A stretch of 64,000 bases of DNA from an uncultured bacterium (GTDB lineage: Bacteria; Patescibacteriota; Doudnabacteria; UBA920): NCBI GenBank assembly GCA_963749445.1, contig CAVVMJ010000003.1:715-64714 (forward strand), in the 5' to 3' direction. The translations under genes were made by a program, and so were the position numbers. Shown one piece after another: positions 1-10,930 of the stretch (its first letter is position 1; each line of letters starts with the position of its first letter). Under the pieces are notes generated by a model. That model was given only the letters and a program-made list of their open reading frames with translations, did not search any database and had not been told where the DNA came from.

Positions 1-770
1 CATAGAAGATCAGCAACTACCGCAGGGCCCAGGAGTGCGTGGTTGACCTTATCAACGCCAACATCATTGAGGGCGTCCACCGCTCCGGCAGTCTAACCGC
101 CAAGTTTTTTACCAACACCTACAAAGATAATGTTCAGGCCGAGGACGCTCCCAGGGCCATTAAAGATTTTACCGCTTACAACAAAAAGGTCAACTGGCAT
201 TATTTTGGCAAAAAGACCGGCCAACTTAAGTATGTCTCGGTTATGGAACTCCAGCCCGTAAGTAAAAAGATTCATTTCCATACCGTGCTGTTTAACCAGC
301 CCTTTGTCCTGCAAAAAGACCTGCAAGACCTTTGGGGTTATGGGATTGTGGACATTCGTAAAATCTATGACCACAACTACGGTCAGTATATGGCTAAATA
401 CCTCGGCAAAAACTTTCGGGACTACCACGCCGCCGGTAAAAAACACTACTTCCGCTCCAGGGGCTTGGTTGAAGCCCAAATCCTTCGGCACGACGCTTCG
501 GTTTCGGACATTGCCGACCACTTGCCTGATTCTCTAATCCTGCACAAAATTCAGGGCATTAAGTTTCCGGTCTGGAACGGCTTTGAGTTTGTTGACCAGG
601 TTATGGACAAAACGGATTACAGCCTCAAGGGCTTCCCCCAAATCGTGGACTGGATTCAAGACACCATTGTCAATGTAAAGCAACATCCCCAGCCCCTGCG
701 GTTTAGCATTAGCCCCACGGACAGTCAAGCTCCAGCAGAGATGCCGCCTGATTATGATTTAGCATTTTAA
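1..770 (+). CDS. Rolling-circle replication initiator (HUH endonuclease), probably 5'-truncated by the window edge
   Basis: Motif II-like KIHFHTVLF, then LWGYG and motif III-like YMAKY. Confidence 0.75.
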
Positions 771-779
771 CTTAAAGCT

Positions 780-1109
780 ATGGACACAAAATTAACCCCA
801 GAAGCCACACAAAAATACCAATCGCACAATGACGGCAATTTGGGCCGCGCTCTTTGCAGGTGTATTTTCTGCCGCTATGTCCGGCATATCAGATATTCTT
901 TTTTCTATTCCTGCCCGTTTAAAGTCTGTCCCAGTTGCCGACCGGATTTGGATTGGAGCCGTTATAAAGCTCCGAGGGCTAAGCTTCCGCAAGATAAAAG
1001 CGGTGCGCCGAAAGGCTGGCAATTTAACACCCTGCAAGGCCTGACTGATGAGGAGCGGCAGCATTGGGAAGACTTGGATGAAAAGGATAAAAATTTAAAG
1101 GGTGCTTAA
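780..1109 (+). CDS. Small Cys-rich hypothetical protein (possible zinc finger)
   Basis: ORF directly after Rep with CRCIFC and CPSC. Confidence 0.5.
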   Translation: MDTKLTPEATQKYQSHNDGNLGRALCRCIFCRYVRHIRYSFFYSCPFKVCPSCRPDLDWSRYKAPRAKLPQDKSGAPKGWQFNTLQGLTDEERQHWEDLDEKDKNLKGA

Positions 1110-1226
1110 TAATTTATGATATTGAAATTTTATCTCTGGCCATTTTTTGCCCTCTGCCTGGCGGTCGTGATTATCGGGCAACCGAAGCGACCATAAAAAA
1201 ATTTTGTTTTTGTTTGGATATTTATT

Positions 1227-1385
1227 TTAAGCCTCCAACTTTTTGACTATTGTGAGATTACAGGAACCGCACCCCGGACAGGAAATAATATCCAGGTCAA
1301 AGGTTTCCTCTTTGGTGGCAGTCCAGGAGTTGCGGCACCTTGGACAGGTAATCTCGTAGACAAACTGGGCAGTCATAATTTTCAT
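1227..1385 (-). CDS. 52-aa zinc-ribbon protein (absent from ORF track)
   Basis: Manual translation MKIMTAQFVYEITCPRCRNSW...IISCPGCGSCNLTIVKKLEA has two CPxC motifs. Confidence 0.6.
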   Translation of the reverse strand: MKIMTAQFVYEITCPRCRNSWTATKEETFDLDIISCPGCGSCNLTIVKKLEA

Positions 1386-1438
1386 AGTGGATAAAGTTAA
1401 GAATTAAAGAAAGATTTTTGTTTTTGTTTTTATGTTTG

Positions 1439-1649
1439 TTAGACCATTTGCTTTACAGCGATATACGCGGAAACTTTCTTTCCGAAATCGTGATAGTCGC
1501 TGGATTCCGGGTCAACAGAGCTTCTCAACTCCATAAAGTAGTTGATACTTCTCTGCAGCGACGCCTTGATGATATTTGACTTCATCTCCGGCGTCAGACC
1601 CGGATTCTTGCTAACAGGCCTTGTAAACAGTCTTTTTGACTTTAGGCAT
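1439..1649 (-). CDS. ~70-aa hypothetical protein with one apparent frameshift
   Basis: AAGGAG RBS precedes ATG (MPKVKKTVYKA). Removing one base near 1618 gives VSKNPGLTPEMKSNII...KQMV*. Confidence 0.5.
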
Positions 1650-1650
1650 A

Positions 1651-1822
1651 TTAACTCCTTTCTTTGCTTAATTATTATGGGCGAACAGACTGGCCGAAAG
1701 TTTTAGGTGTCAAGGGATTAAAAATATTTTATGCCCAACGGGAAATAAATTATTTTTACCCTTGATCAGCCTAAAAACCGGACAGTATAATGAGAAGCCA
1801 TAAGAAGCAAAGACAGGGTTAA
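1651..1822 (-). promoter_or_regulatory. Long imperfect hairpin 1 (Frpo/sso-like ssDNA promoter candidate)
   Basis: Nested inverted repeats with -35-like hexamers on both arms. Apical 24-mer shared with hairpin 2. Confidence 0.6.
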
Positions 1823-2302
1823 ATTAAATTTTGTTCCTTAAAACTTTTATGGGATTCGCCGGTTACGATAACGTGGTCAAGCACTTCAATGCCGATCAGC
1901 TTGCCGGCATCCTTAAGGCGCTTGGTTACGGCGATATCCTCATCTGACGGCTCCAGACTCCCGCTCGGGTGATTATGGGCGAAAATAACCGCGGCAGAAT
2001 TCTTTAAGATAGCGGTTCTAAAACATTCCCTCGGGTGAATAAGACTGGTGTTGAGTGTGCCGATGCTGATAATCTCCCTGCTGATGATTTGGTTTTGGGT
2101 GTTTAAGAAAAATACGCAAAAATGTTCCTTGTCAGCTTTTCCTAAAATCTCCGCACTTGCCGGCAATCTCCAGTGGGCTGTATACGCCATCCGGCATGGC
2201 CTTAACACTTAAATTGCCGTAGACATACTTCTTGGCTTTCTTTCTTGCCTCCTCATCGCTCTCGGCCACAAAACGATAATTAACATTAACCTGGTATTCC
2301 AT
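1819..2302 (-). CDS. radC: RadC/JAB-domain protein (frameshift in an A-run near 2138)
   Basis: HNHPSG..PS.ED...T and DHVIV motifs. N-terminus MEYQVNVNY...GDFRK joins ADKEHF after removing one base. Confidence 0.85.
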
Positions 2303-2312
2303 AAATTTCAGA

Positions 2313-2454
2313 TTACTTATTTTCCACCCACAGAATTTTGGAAGGCCCGGCCGGTCAAGGGTGAAGCCCGCGGCGATTTTATGCCCCACGGGAAATAAAG
2401 AAGCCGCCCCTTGACGGGACGGGACCCAAAATTAAAATCGGAAAAAATAAGTAA
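2313..2454 (-). promoter_or_regulatory. Long imperfect hairpin 2 (Frpo/sso-like ssDNA promoter candidate)
   Basis: Same architecture as hairpin 1, immediately upstream of the radC ATG. Confidence 0.6.
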
Positions 2455-2468
2455 GCAAAAGTAAAAAT

Positions 2469-2649
2469 ATGTATCAATCAAAGCAATTAAAATCAAACTG
2501 CCGTGATTTCCCTGGATGACTTCAAAGCCTCTTTGGGGGATTATGCCAAGCGGTTTACCGATGAGGAATTAGAACGGCTTAGGCAGGATATGTATCAGTT
2601 GGCTGATATTGCCTTTGACGTTTGGGCTGGCGAGCGAAAGGGTGTATAA
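2469..2649 (+). CDS. Small helical protein upstream of recombinase (5' end frameshifted)
   Basis: Manual translation ISLDDFKASLGDYAKRFTDEELERLRQDMYQLADIAFDVWAGERKGV*. Confidence 0.5.
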
Positions 2650-2677
2650 TATTTTGGCTAAACTTTTTGATATTTTT

Positions 2678-4239
2678 ATGACTACTGAAACTTCAAAAAA
2701 TGCCGTGATTTACTACCGAGTTTCCACGGCTGACCAAGTGGACGGCTTTAGCCTGGATAACCAAAAAGAGGCCTGCCAACGGTATGCCGATGACAAGGGT
2801 TTTAATGTCGTTAAGCTTTTTTCCGATGAGGGCGAATCCGCCAAAACCGCTGACCGCCCTGGGCTTCAGGCAATGCTAAAATTTGTGGCCAACAAGAAAA
2901 ACAAAATCAACTGCATTATCGTCAACAAAATTGACCGCCTGTCCCGCAATGTTAACGACTACTCGGCCATTAAGGGATTACTTGATAAACTGGATGTTCA
3001 ATTAGTTTCCACCACCGAAGCCATTGGCAATAATTCCTTTGGTAAGTTTATGGGCAATATGATGGCAAGTATTGCCCAACTGGATAACGATGTCAGGAGC
3101 GAGAGGGTTAGCGACGGTATTTTAAAATGCTTGCAATCCGGCCGCTCTCCCCACCACGCGCCGCTCGGCTACTTAAACCAAAACCACGGAAGAAAAGACA
3201 TATCAATTGTCCCGGACCCGGAACGCGCCAACACAATAAAATTTTTGCTAAACGAATTTTCCAAAGGCATTTACACCCAGGAAGAGCTGCGGGTTAAGGC
3301 TAACCGGCTTGGTTTGCGTTCCAAAAAGGGCAAGGAAATCGGCACCCAGCTCATCCATAAGATTTTAGCCAGTAAGTTTTACGCGGGCATTATCGTTAGC
3401 AAATACGGCGAATTTAAAGGCACTCACCCCGCCCTTATCACCGAAGAAACTTTCCATAAAAACCAAAAGCAGTTCCCCAAAACCACCAAAGGCGACTACA
3501 TAGCCGGCAGCCGGACTAATGAGGCTTTTCCCTTAAGACATCAAGTAGACTGCGGCCTTTGCGGCCGTCCTTTGACCGCCTGTTTTTCAAGAGGCAAATT
3601 GGGTACCCTTTATCCATATTACCGCTGTTACCAAAAGGCCTGTCCGTCTAAAAAGGCCATAGCTAAAAAGACTTTGGAGGACGAATTCTCCAAGTGTTTA
3701 ACCAAAGTTACCCCGACCCCCGAAATCCTAAACGCCTTTAGAAAAGTGATTATTGATGTCTGGCAAAACCGTTTTAAGGAACTAAACCAAAAGCAGGAAG
3801 TCATTAAAAAACAGGTAGAAAACCTCACGGCTGAAAAAGCCAAGCTCCTTGACCTCGTTAAAAGAAATTTACTGCCTGATGAAGATTTTAAAATTGAATA
3901 CGCCAAAGTCAAGGAACAGCTGGCTGACAAACAAATTGAATTGGATGAAATCAAAAACCCAGGACTTTAACCCTGACCGCCTCTGTGGAGTTTGTTTTTG
4001 ACTTTATAGCCTCTCTTCCAAGCAACTGGCCTAAAACTACCTACTGGCAAAAAACAAAATTGATGAGTTTGATTTTTCCCAAAAAGCCTATTTACAATTA
4101 TCAAACATTTACAACCCCAAAATTATCTTATATCTTCCAAGCAAAAACCGCCTATGACGGCGGTAAAAATGCTTTGGTGGGTTGGGCGGGGATCGAACCC
4201 GCGACAAACGGCTTAAAAGGCCGCTGCTCTACCAACTGA
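2678..4239 (+). CDS. Large serine recombinase (resolvase, recombinase, Zn ribbon, coiled coil); frameshift near 3960
   Basis: YYRVST catalytic motif, DRLSR, CGLCG...YYRC. ORFs 2609-3970 and 3985-4239 read as one gene. Confidence 0.9.
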
Positions 4240-4250
4240 GCTACCAACCC
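4175..4250 (-). tRNA. tRNA-Lys(TTT)
   Basis: Full cloverleaf GGGTTGGTAGCTCAGTTGGTAGAGC...CTTTTAA...GTTCGATCCC...ACCA. Confidence 0.97.
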
Positions 4251-4361
4251 AATTAAACGATTCTCTGATATTTTACAATAAAACCCCAATTTTATCAAGC
4301 CGTAAAATTTTGACAAAACTAACAAATCCCCTACACTTAAGCTAAAGACTAATCTAAATTT

Positions 4362-4724
4362 ATGAACTCAAACAAAAAAACTTGGTATACTCTATTGTTG
4401 GCCGTGCTAGTCGTGGTAATTTGGGCCATTTGGCGGTATAGCGCCAAGGGACCGGCAAGCGTTACCTCTCCAGCCGAAACAGGTAATGCCAACCAAACGC
4501 AGCCCGCGGCGGCCGGCAACCAAACTCCGAGCGGCGATGTTTGGCAAGGTATCTTAAAAGTTTCCGATAACCCCAAAAAAGGCAACCTCATGTTGGTTAT
4601 GGAAAAAACCACTGTCTATATTAATACCAGCCGCGACTATTCCGATTTAATCGGCCGCCAAGTTAACGTCAGCTACGAAGGAACTGTGGATAGTTTCCAG
4701 CTCGGAGACATTGTTGGGCAATAA
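4362..4724 (+). CDS. Membrane-anchored hypothetical protein
   Basis: N-terminal TM helix, low-complexity linker, small beta-rich domain. Confidence 0.7.
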   Translation: MNSNKKTWYTLLLAVLVVVIWAIWRYSAKGPASVTSPAETGNANQTQPAAAGNQTPSGDVWQGILKVSDNPKKGNLMLVMEKTTVYINTSRDYSDLIGRQVNVSYEGTVDSFQLGDIVGQ

Positions 4725-4823
4725 ACAAATTGACAAGATTGACCAGGATTGATCATGGTTGACATGATTAGTGGCCATATCTTGTCAATCTTTTAAATCC
4801 CTTAAATCTTGTTCAATCATTTT

Positions 4824-5759
4824 ATGATACTTGAAACTTTTAAAACTTTTGGCTATTTTGAACTGCTGGACACCGGCAGAGGTTTTCGTCTGGAACGGTG
4901 GGGCGAGGCGGTGTTGGCACGGCCGGATCCGCAAATCATTTGGCCAAAATCGTTAGCCGATTCAGAATGGGATAAGGCTTGGGCGATTTTTAAATCAGGC
5001 AGCGGCGATGGAAAAGGGAAATGGGATATCAAAAAAAATCTTCCCGTTCCTTGGACCGTTAAGTTCCAAAACATCCGATTCTTGCTCAAGCTCTTCCCTT
5101 TCAAACATACCGGGCTGTTTCCCGAACAGGCGGCGAATTGGGAGTTTATGATTCAAAGATTAAAAGATTCAACCCATTCGACAAGCTCAGGGCAGGCGAT
5201 TGAAAGATCAAAAATTCTGAATCTTTTTGCTTATACGGGAGGCGCTACGATAGTACTGGCCAAGGCCGGATGCTTTGTCACCCACGTGGACGCTTCCAAA
5301 CCGGCCATAACTTGGGCCAAGGAAAATTATAAGTTAAATTTCGAAAATAATGCGCCCTTCGACCACGCTCAGGGCGAACATTCCCAACATATTGGGAATG
5401 TCCGCTGGATTTTGGATGACGCGGTAAAATTCGTCAAACGCGAACTTAAGCGCGACGCCAAATACGACGGCATAATTATGGATCCGCCGGCCTTTGGCCA
5501 TAGCCCTTCCGGCAAGACCTGGAAATTTAACGACGACCTACCTGGGCTGTTAGCCGATTGTGTTCAGCTGCTTTCGACCAACGCCAAATTCCTCATCATC
5601 AACGGCTACGCCACGAATTCTTCCGCTTTGGCGCTCAATAATTTACTGGAAGACGCCATAAGAAATCGCGGCGGACAAATAGAGTTTGGCGAACTGTGCT
5701 TAAAACAAAAAAATGAACGCTTGATATCTACCGGCATCTTCGCCCGTTGGTCATCTTAA
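4824..5759 (+). CDS. SAM-dependent methyltransferase, RlmI/RlmK-like
   Basis: LNLFAYTGG, VDAS and MDPPAFG motifs. Confidence 0.85.
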   Translation: MILETFKTFGYFELLDTGRGFRLERWGEAVLARPDPQIIWPKSLADSEWDKAWAIFKSGSGDGKGKWDIKKNLPVPWTVKFQNIRFLLKLFPFKHTGLFPEQAANWEFMIQRLKDSTHSTSSGQAIERSKILNLFAYTGGATIVLAKAGCFVTHVDASKPAITWAKENYKLNFENNAPFDHAQGEHSQHIGNVRWILDDAVKFVKRELKRDAKYDGIIMDPPAFGHSPSGKTWKFNDDLPGLLADCVQLLSTNAKFLIINGYATNSSALALNNLLEDAIRNRGGQIEFGELCLKQKNERLISTGIFARWSS

Positions 5760-5818
5760 GCGTATAAAATCAAAAACGGCTTTGCGTAAGCAAAGCCGCC
5801 CTTTCTACTTTCTACTTT

Positions 5819-6220
5819 CTACTTACTGTCCCCTTCCGGCTCCAAATATGACCAGACCGTTTTGTACAACTGGTCCAAATTCAAAGTGCCTTTAACCAGA
5901 TACTCCTTAATGCGGCCCTGCTTAAGCAGCATGTCCCGAAGCTCCGGCTTGTCCAAATTGGTCAGCGCGATTACCGGCACGTTCTGCAGCCTGTCTTGGC
6001 CCTGCATAAAATCCAAAACGCCGCTACTGCCGTCCGCTTCTGTTAACAACAAATCTAATAATACCAAATCCGGCGTAACTTTTTTTAAAAATTCCTTGGC
6101 CTCCTGCGGCGTGGCCGCGGACATAATTTGCGTGCCCCAAGCGTCAAACTGCTTCTTTAAGGTGTTCAAAATCAGCTTGTCGTCATCAATTATTAAAATT
6201 ATATAGTGTCCTTTGGGCAT
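5819..6220 (-). CDS. Single-domain response regulator (CheY-like)
   Basis: ILIIDDD, PDLVLLDL, VIALTN, YLVK. Confidence 0.85.
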   Translation of the reverse strand: MPKGHYIILIIDDDKLILNTLKKQFDAWGTQIMSAATPQEAKEFLKKVTPDLVLLDLLLTEADGSSGVLDFMQGQDRLQNVPVIALTNLDKPELRDMLLKQGRIKEYLVKGTLNLDQLYKTVWSYLEPEGDSK

Positions 6221-6362
6221 AAAAATAGACTGACAAGATTTAAATGATTTAAATGATTTAAATGATTGACATGATTTTTAATTGGCAATCTTGCCCGCCC
6301 GCCGAAGCCCCGGCGAAGGCTGGGTCATTCTTGCGAAGTCTAGTCAATCTTGTCAATTGATT

Positions 6363-6920
6363 CTACAACTCGTTTGTATCCCCGACAAACTTGCCGAGGA
6401 CAATTAAATAAACAATGGGCAAAACCAGCCAGACAAAACTCGCCGGATTATTAATAAAAATTGTCTGGATTAGCGGGCTAAAATTTTGCTGCACGCCGGC
6501 CGGCATATAGCTTAAAATAATATTTATCAGCAGCCCGATCTGCAAAAAAGCGAACACCAGGCCGAACACCATGGACACCAAATGCCGGCTGTCCGCCGAA
6601 GTCTTTAAGGCGAACCGGCCAAGGAACAAAAACAGCACCAAAAAAACTATCACAAAAGCCGCCAGCTGCTGTAATGACTCAATGGACGTAAGCCCCAGCT
6701 TGCCCGTGGTAATGCTTAAAAACGGCATCTCCAAAACAATCAGCTTGGCCACGTACACGCTGAGCAAAATGTTGATAATCCGGCCGCGGCCCGAGGCGAA
6801 CATATACAAAATGGCGGCACCGATCCACGCCAGAAGAATAAACAAATCCCAGGACGGCGAAGTCCAGTTAAAACTATGCACCAGTTGCGAGGCATTGCCT
6901 ACGGAAAGCGCTTCTAGCAT
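6363..6920 (-). CDS. Polytopic membrane protein
   Basis: Four to five hydrophobic segments. Confidence 0.7.
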   Translation of the reverse strand: MLEALSVGNASQLVHSFNWTSPSWDLFILLAWIGAAILYMFASGRGRIINILLSVYVAKLIVLEMPFLSITTGKLGLTSIESLQQLAAFVIVFLVLFLFLGRFALKTSADSRHLVSMVFGLVFAFLQIGLLINIILSYMPAGVQQNFSPLIQTIFINNPASFVWLVLPIVYLIVLGKFVGDTNEL

Positions 6921-7022
6921 TTTTGTTTTTGCCGATAAATCTCAATTCCTGGTTAATTATAGCACAAAACCGGTCAAAATCCAAAGATTACTTAATTGAT
7001 TAAATAATCAATTAAGTAATTC

Positions 7023-8204
7023 TCAAAAGTTATTTTTGATACTATCCCACAAATTTTCATCAATCTGCACGGTTTCACCGCGTTCAGCTGCAAGCTGTTT
7101 CAATAATTCTTTTTCTTTCCGTGATAACTTATTGGGCACAATCACGCGGACGGTAATTAACAGGTCGCCGCGGCGGGAGGGGTTGTGGATGTCCGGCACG
7201 CCGTGATTCTTAACTTTCATTACGGTGCCGCTTTGCGTACCGTTTGGAATTTTTAGTTCAATCTGCCCGTCCAAAGTTTTGACGATAATTTTTGCGCCCA
7301 GCGCGGCCTGGGTAAAACTTACGGGTAGTTCTTTAAGCAAATTGTTGCCGTCACGCGTAAATTCTTTATTCTCGCGCACGCGGATGGCCAAATATAAATC
7401 GCCGGGGCTGGAGCCGCGGTAGCCGGCCTCGCCTTCCCCGGCCACGCGGATTCTTTGGCCGTCGTCTATGCCGGCCGGAATTTTTACGGCAATGGTTTTC
7501 TCCTGTCTCAACGCGCCGCTCCCGCCGCAGGTGTGGCAGGGCGTTTCCGGCACTTTGCCCGTGCCCTCGCACCGGTCGCACGTGGTGCGGCTCTGGATTT
7601 GGCCAAAAATCGTGCGGCGCGTGGTGGCTATTTGTCCCTGGCCGTGGCACTTGGGGCAGGAGTTGATTTTAGACCCCGGTTCCGCACCGTTGCCGCCACA
7701 GGTTTTACAAACGTCTTTTTTTTCTAAAGTGATGGTTTTTTCCGCGCCGAACACCGCTTCCTCAAAATTTATGGTCAGCGACATTTCCAAATCTATGCCG
7801 CGGTTGCGCCTGCTTTCGCGCTGCCTTCTGCCGCCGAACATATCGCCAAAAATGTCTCCCAAATCAAATTCCACGCCGCCTTCGCCGCCAAAACCCCCAA
7901 AATCCCAGGCGGAGCCTGGTCCGCCTCCGGCGGAAAAACCCCCGAACGGATTTTGGCCCTGCTGATATTGATAACCTCCGTTTCGCGAGGCCTGGTCAAA
8001 CGTTTGCCCGTAAGTGTCGTACTGCTGCTTTTTTTCCGCGTTGCCCAGTACCTGATACGCCTCGTTAATTTCCTTAAACTTAGCCTCGTTGCCCTTATTT
8101 TTATCCGGATGATACTCGTGCGCCATCTTGCGGTAGGCGCGCTTAATCTCGTCGCCACTGGCGCCTTTGGAAACTCCTAAAATGTCGTAATAATTCTTAG
8201 CCAT
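7023..8204 (-). CDS. dnaJ: Chaperone DnaJ
   Basis: J-domain HPD, G/F region, four CxxCxGxG repeats. Confidence 0.98.
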   Translation of the reverse strand: MAKNYYDILGVSKGASGDEIKRAYRKMAHEYHPDKNKGNEAKFKEINEAYQVLGNAEKKQQYDTYGQTFDQASRNGGYQYQQGQNPFGGFSAGGGPGSAWDFGGFGGEGGVEFDLGDIFGDMFGGRRQRESRRNRGIDLEMSLTINFEEAVFGAEKTITLEKKDVCKTCGGNGAEPGSKINSCPKCHGQGQIATTRRTIFGQIQSRTTCDRCEGTGKVPETPCHTCGGSGALRQEKTIAVKIPAGIDDGQRIRVAGEGEAGYRGSSPGDLYLAIRVRENKEFTRDGNNLLKELPVSFTQAALGAKIIVKTLDGQIELKIPNGTQSGTVMKVKNHGVPDIHNPSRRGDLLITVRVIVPNKLSRKEKELLKQLAAERGETVQIDENLWDSIKNNF

Positions 8205-8275
8205 TCAATGTCAATTTAAAATTACGGATTACGCATTACGGATTAATTCGTAATCCGCAATAAAAAAATTGTAAC

Positions 8276-8584
8276 CTATTCTGTCTTAAACTTGAAATTC
8301 TGATCCGGGACGACTGCCAGGGAAATGGTGCCGAACTGCTCTTCGTAGCGTTTGACGTTGTCCTGCATCGCGGCCGTGAGCCTCTTAAAATGCGACGGCG
8401 AGACAATCACGCGGCTCACTAACTGCCCGGCTGGCGGCAGAAGATTCATAAAATCCAAAACAAACTCCTCGCCGGTATGCCCGACCTGCACCATATTGGC
8501 GTACTGGCCCTTTAGGATTTTGTCATCGGCCTTGACCTGGATTTGCTGTTGGGGCTGTTGCTCTTGATTATTATTATTGGCCAT
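8276..8584 (-). CDS. DUF3467-like protein
   Basis: G.YAN...V.HT.EEF.LDF...SRV..SP.H.K pattern. Confidence 0.75.
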   Translation of the reverse strand: MANNNNQEQQPQQQIQVKADDKILKGQYANMVQVGHTGEEFVLDFMNLLPPAGQLVSRVIVSPSHFKRLTAAMQDNVKRYEEQFGTISLAVVPDQNFKFKTE

Positions 8585-8611
8585 ATTTTTTTAGATAATG
8601 ATAAAATTTTT

Positions 8612-8768
8612 CCATCCCGAAATTTTTGATTGTAATAAGAATATCATCAGCAATCAAAAATATCCGGGATCCGGAAGCCTGAAATTTTCCAGGATAGCTC
8701 TTGTACCTGGACCCCGGATATTTTTTACGGCAGATAATTTTCTTGCGCGTAAAAAATTCCGGGGTGGA
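8612..8768. repeat. Two inverted copies of a ~60-bp hairpin repeat; interrupted third copy at ~52339-52422
   Basis: CCAtCCcGAA-TTTTT...AAAAATATcCgGGATCC pattern recurs at 8612(+), 8768(-) and 52339(+). Confidence 0.55.
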
Positions 8769-8777
8769 CACAGAGTG

Positions 8778-10664
8778 TTATTTTGGAACCTCTTTATAAT
8801 CCGCGTCCACGGTGCCTTTATCGGCTCCGGGCTGATTATTATCCGGCGACGGATTCGCGCCCGGCTGGCTTCCCACTTCACCCTTCCCACTTCCCCCTTG
8901 CCCCTCGTACATCGCCGCCCCCACCTTTTGGATGGCGGACGACAATTCATCAACCGCTTTTTTTATGGCATCCACGTCGTCCTTGTCTTTTATCGCTTTT
9001 AACGCGGCGATTTTGTCTTCAACCGTTTTTTTATCTTCGGCCTTTGCTTTATCGCCCGCGTCTTTAATTGTCTTTTCGGATACGCTGATGAGAGTATCAG
9101 CTTGGTTTCTCATATCCACGGTTTCCTTGCGCTTCCTGTCCTCGGACGCGTGCGCTTCGGCTTCCTTTTTCATCCTTTCCACATCGTCCTTGCTCAAATT
9201 GGAAGACCCCTGAATGGTAATGTGCTGCTCTTTGTTCGTGGCTTTGTCCTTGGCTTTGACTGTTAAAATTCCGTTGGCGTCAATGTCAAACGTCACTTCT
9301 ATTTGCGGGATGCCGCGCGGCGCCGGCGGAATGCCGTCCAAAATAAACTGGCCCAAAGATTTGTTGTCGCGCGCGAATTCCCGCTCGCCCTGCAGCACGT
9401 GGACTTCCACCGAAGTTTGGTTGTCGCCGGCCGTGGAAAATGTTTGTGACTTTGATGTTGGGATGGTGGTGTTACGATCGATGAGAGGCGTGCGAACTCC
9501 GCCCAAAGTTTCCAGACCCAAAGTCAAAGGCGTAACATCCAGCAGTAAAATTTCCTTGCCTGCCACGTCGCCGCCCAAAATTCCGGCCTGGATGGCCGCG
9601 CCCTTGGCCACGGCTTCCATGGGGTCAATGCCGCCCTCCACCTGTTTGCCAATGTAATCTTCCACAAACTTTTTTACGCTCGGCATCCGCGTGGGCCCGC
9701 CGATTAAAATAATTTTATCGATGTTGGCCGGGGTCAATTTGGCGTCTGAAATGGCCTGCTCCACCGGCCTGCGCATCCGCTCAATGAGCGGCTTAATCAA
9801 TTCTTCCAGTTTGGCGCGCGTGATTTTTATTTGGAGATGTTTGGGCCCGTTTTGGTCAGCCGTGATGAACGGCAAGTTAATGTCGGTTTCCATTGTGGTG
9901 GAAAGTTCAATTTTGGCTTTTTCCGCCGCTTCCCGCACGCGGTTCATGGCCATTTTGTCGTTGTTCAAGTCCACACCGCTGGAATTCTTAAAATCGCCGA
10001 CGATATAATCTATCAGCACTTTGTCCATGTCCTTGCCGCCGAGCTGCGTATCGCCGCTCGTAGACTTGACTTCAAACGTGGCCTGGTTGTCCACTTCGCT
10101 AAAATCCATAATCGTTACGTCCAAAGTGCCGCCGCCCAAATCAAACACCAAAATTTTCTGATCCCGGGCCGTGCCTTTGTCCAAACCGTACGCGAACGCC
10201 GCGGCCGTGGGCTCGTTGATTACGCGCACCACTTCCAGTCCCGCGATTTCGCCCGCGTTTTTGGTGGCCTGCCTTTGCGCGTCGTCAAAATACGCCGGCA
10301 CGGTAATGACCGCCTTAGCCACCGGCTCGCCCAAAAACGTTTCCGCGTCTTTTTTGATTTTTTGGAGGATGAAAGCGGAAATTTGCTCCGGCGTGTAATC
10401 TTTGCCGTTAACGTGATATTTAAAACTGGTCCCCATTTTGCGCTTGGCCTCAAACACCGTGCCCTCCGGATTAGTCACGGCCTGTCTGCGCGCCGGCTCA
10501 CCCACTAACAATTGGCCTTCCTTGGTGAAAGCTACGTAAGACGGAAAAGCCTTCCCGCCCAAACTCGCGCCCTCGGCCGAAGGAATAATCACCGGCTTCC
10601 CCGCCTCCATAACACTCGCGGCAGAGTTTGATGTTCCTAAGTCTATCCCTATAATTTTTGACAT
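8778..10664 (-). CDS. dnaK: Chaperone DnaK
   Basis: GIDLGT, TVPAYF, DLGGGT, canonical length. Confidence 0.99.
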   Translation of the reverse strand: MSKIIGIDLGTSNSAASVMEAGKPVIIPSAEGASLGGKAFPSYVAFTKEGQLLVGEPARRQAVTNPEGTVFEAKRKMGTSFKYHVNGKDYTPEQISAFILQKIKKDAETFLGEPVAKAVITVPAYFDDAQRQATKNAGEIAGLEVVRVINEPTAAAFAYGLDKGTARDQKILVFDLGGGTLDVTIMDFSEVDNQATFEVKSTSGDTQLGGKDMDKVLIDYIVGDFKNSSGVDLNNDKMAMNRVREAAEKAKIELSTTMETDINLPFITADQNGPKHLQIKITRAKLEELIKPLIERMRRPVEQAISDAKLTPANIDKIILIGGPTRMPSVKKFVEDYIGKQVEGGIDPMEAVAKGAAIQAGILGGDVAGKEILLLDVTPLTLGLETLGGVRTPLIDRNTTIPTSKSQTFSTAGDNQTSVEVHVLQGEREFARDNKSLGQFILDGIPPAPRGIPQIEVTFDIDANGILTVKAKDKATNKEQHITIQGSSNLSKDDVERMKKEAEAHASEDRKRKETVDMRNQADTLISVSEKTIKDAGDKAKAEDKKTVEDKIAALKAIKDKDDVDAIKKAVDELSSAIQKVGAAMYEGQGGSGKGEVGSQPGANPSPDNNQPGADKGTVDADYKEVPK

Positions 10665-10688
10665 ATATTTTTTTCCTTTACTTTTATA

Positions 10689-10874
10689 TTAATCTTCAAA
10701 CCGCAAATTTTTATCAAATTCCTCAAATGCTCTATTGGCATCTTCATAAGCTTTTTCCAAGTCATCGAGTTGTTTAAATTCTAAAATCGTATTACTAAAA
10801 ATGTATTTTTTTAAATTCTCACAAGTTTCAAACAAATTTTTAAGTGCTTTTTTATATTCCTCGGTTAATTTCAT
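10689..10874 (-). CDS. Small AT-rich hypothetical protein
   Basis: Co-oriented ORF with GAAAGGA RBS between grpE and dnaK. Confidence 0.5.
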   Translation of the reverse strand: MKLTEEYKKALKNLFETCENLKKYIFSNTILEFKQLDDLEKAYEDANRAFEEFDKNLRFED

Positions 10875-10930
10875 ATATTATCCTTTCTATAAATAAAATA
10901 TTTTTAAAAATAAATTTCTAAATTTAATAA

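Larger units (their letters stand above)
1..4250. mobile_element. Right part of an integrated element (HUH Rep, RadC, large serine recombinase) abutting tRNA-Lys; left end outside window
   Basis: Rep, RadC and recombinase are clustered, and the recombinase 3' end runs into the 3' end of the tRNA. No second att copy is visible in the window. Confidence 0.75.

Noticed and set aside
4731-6360. Short tandem 9-10-mer repeats (4731-4769, 6231-6277) and similar tracts at 11317-11356, 27800-27945 and 52286-52328 as CRISPR
   Set aside because: The units are too short and degenerate, with no unique spacers and no cas genes.
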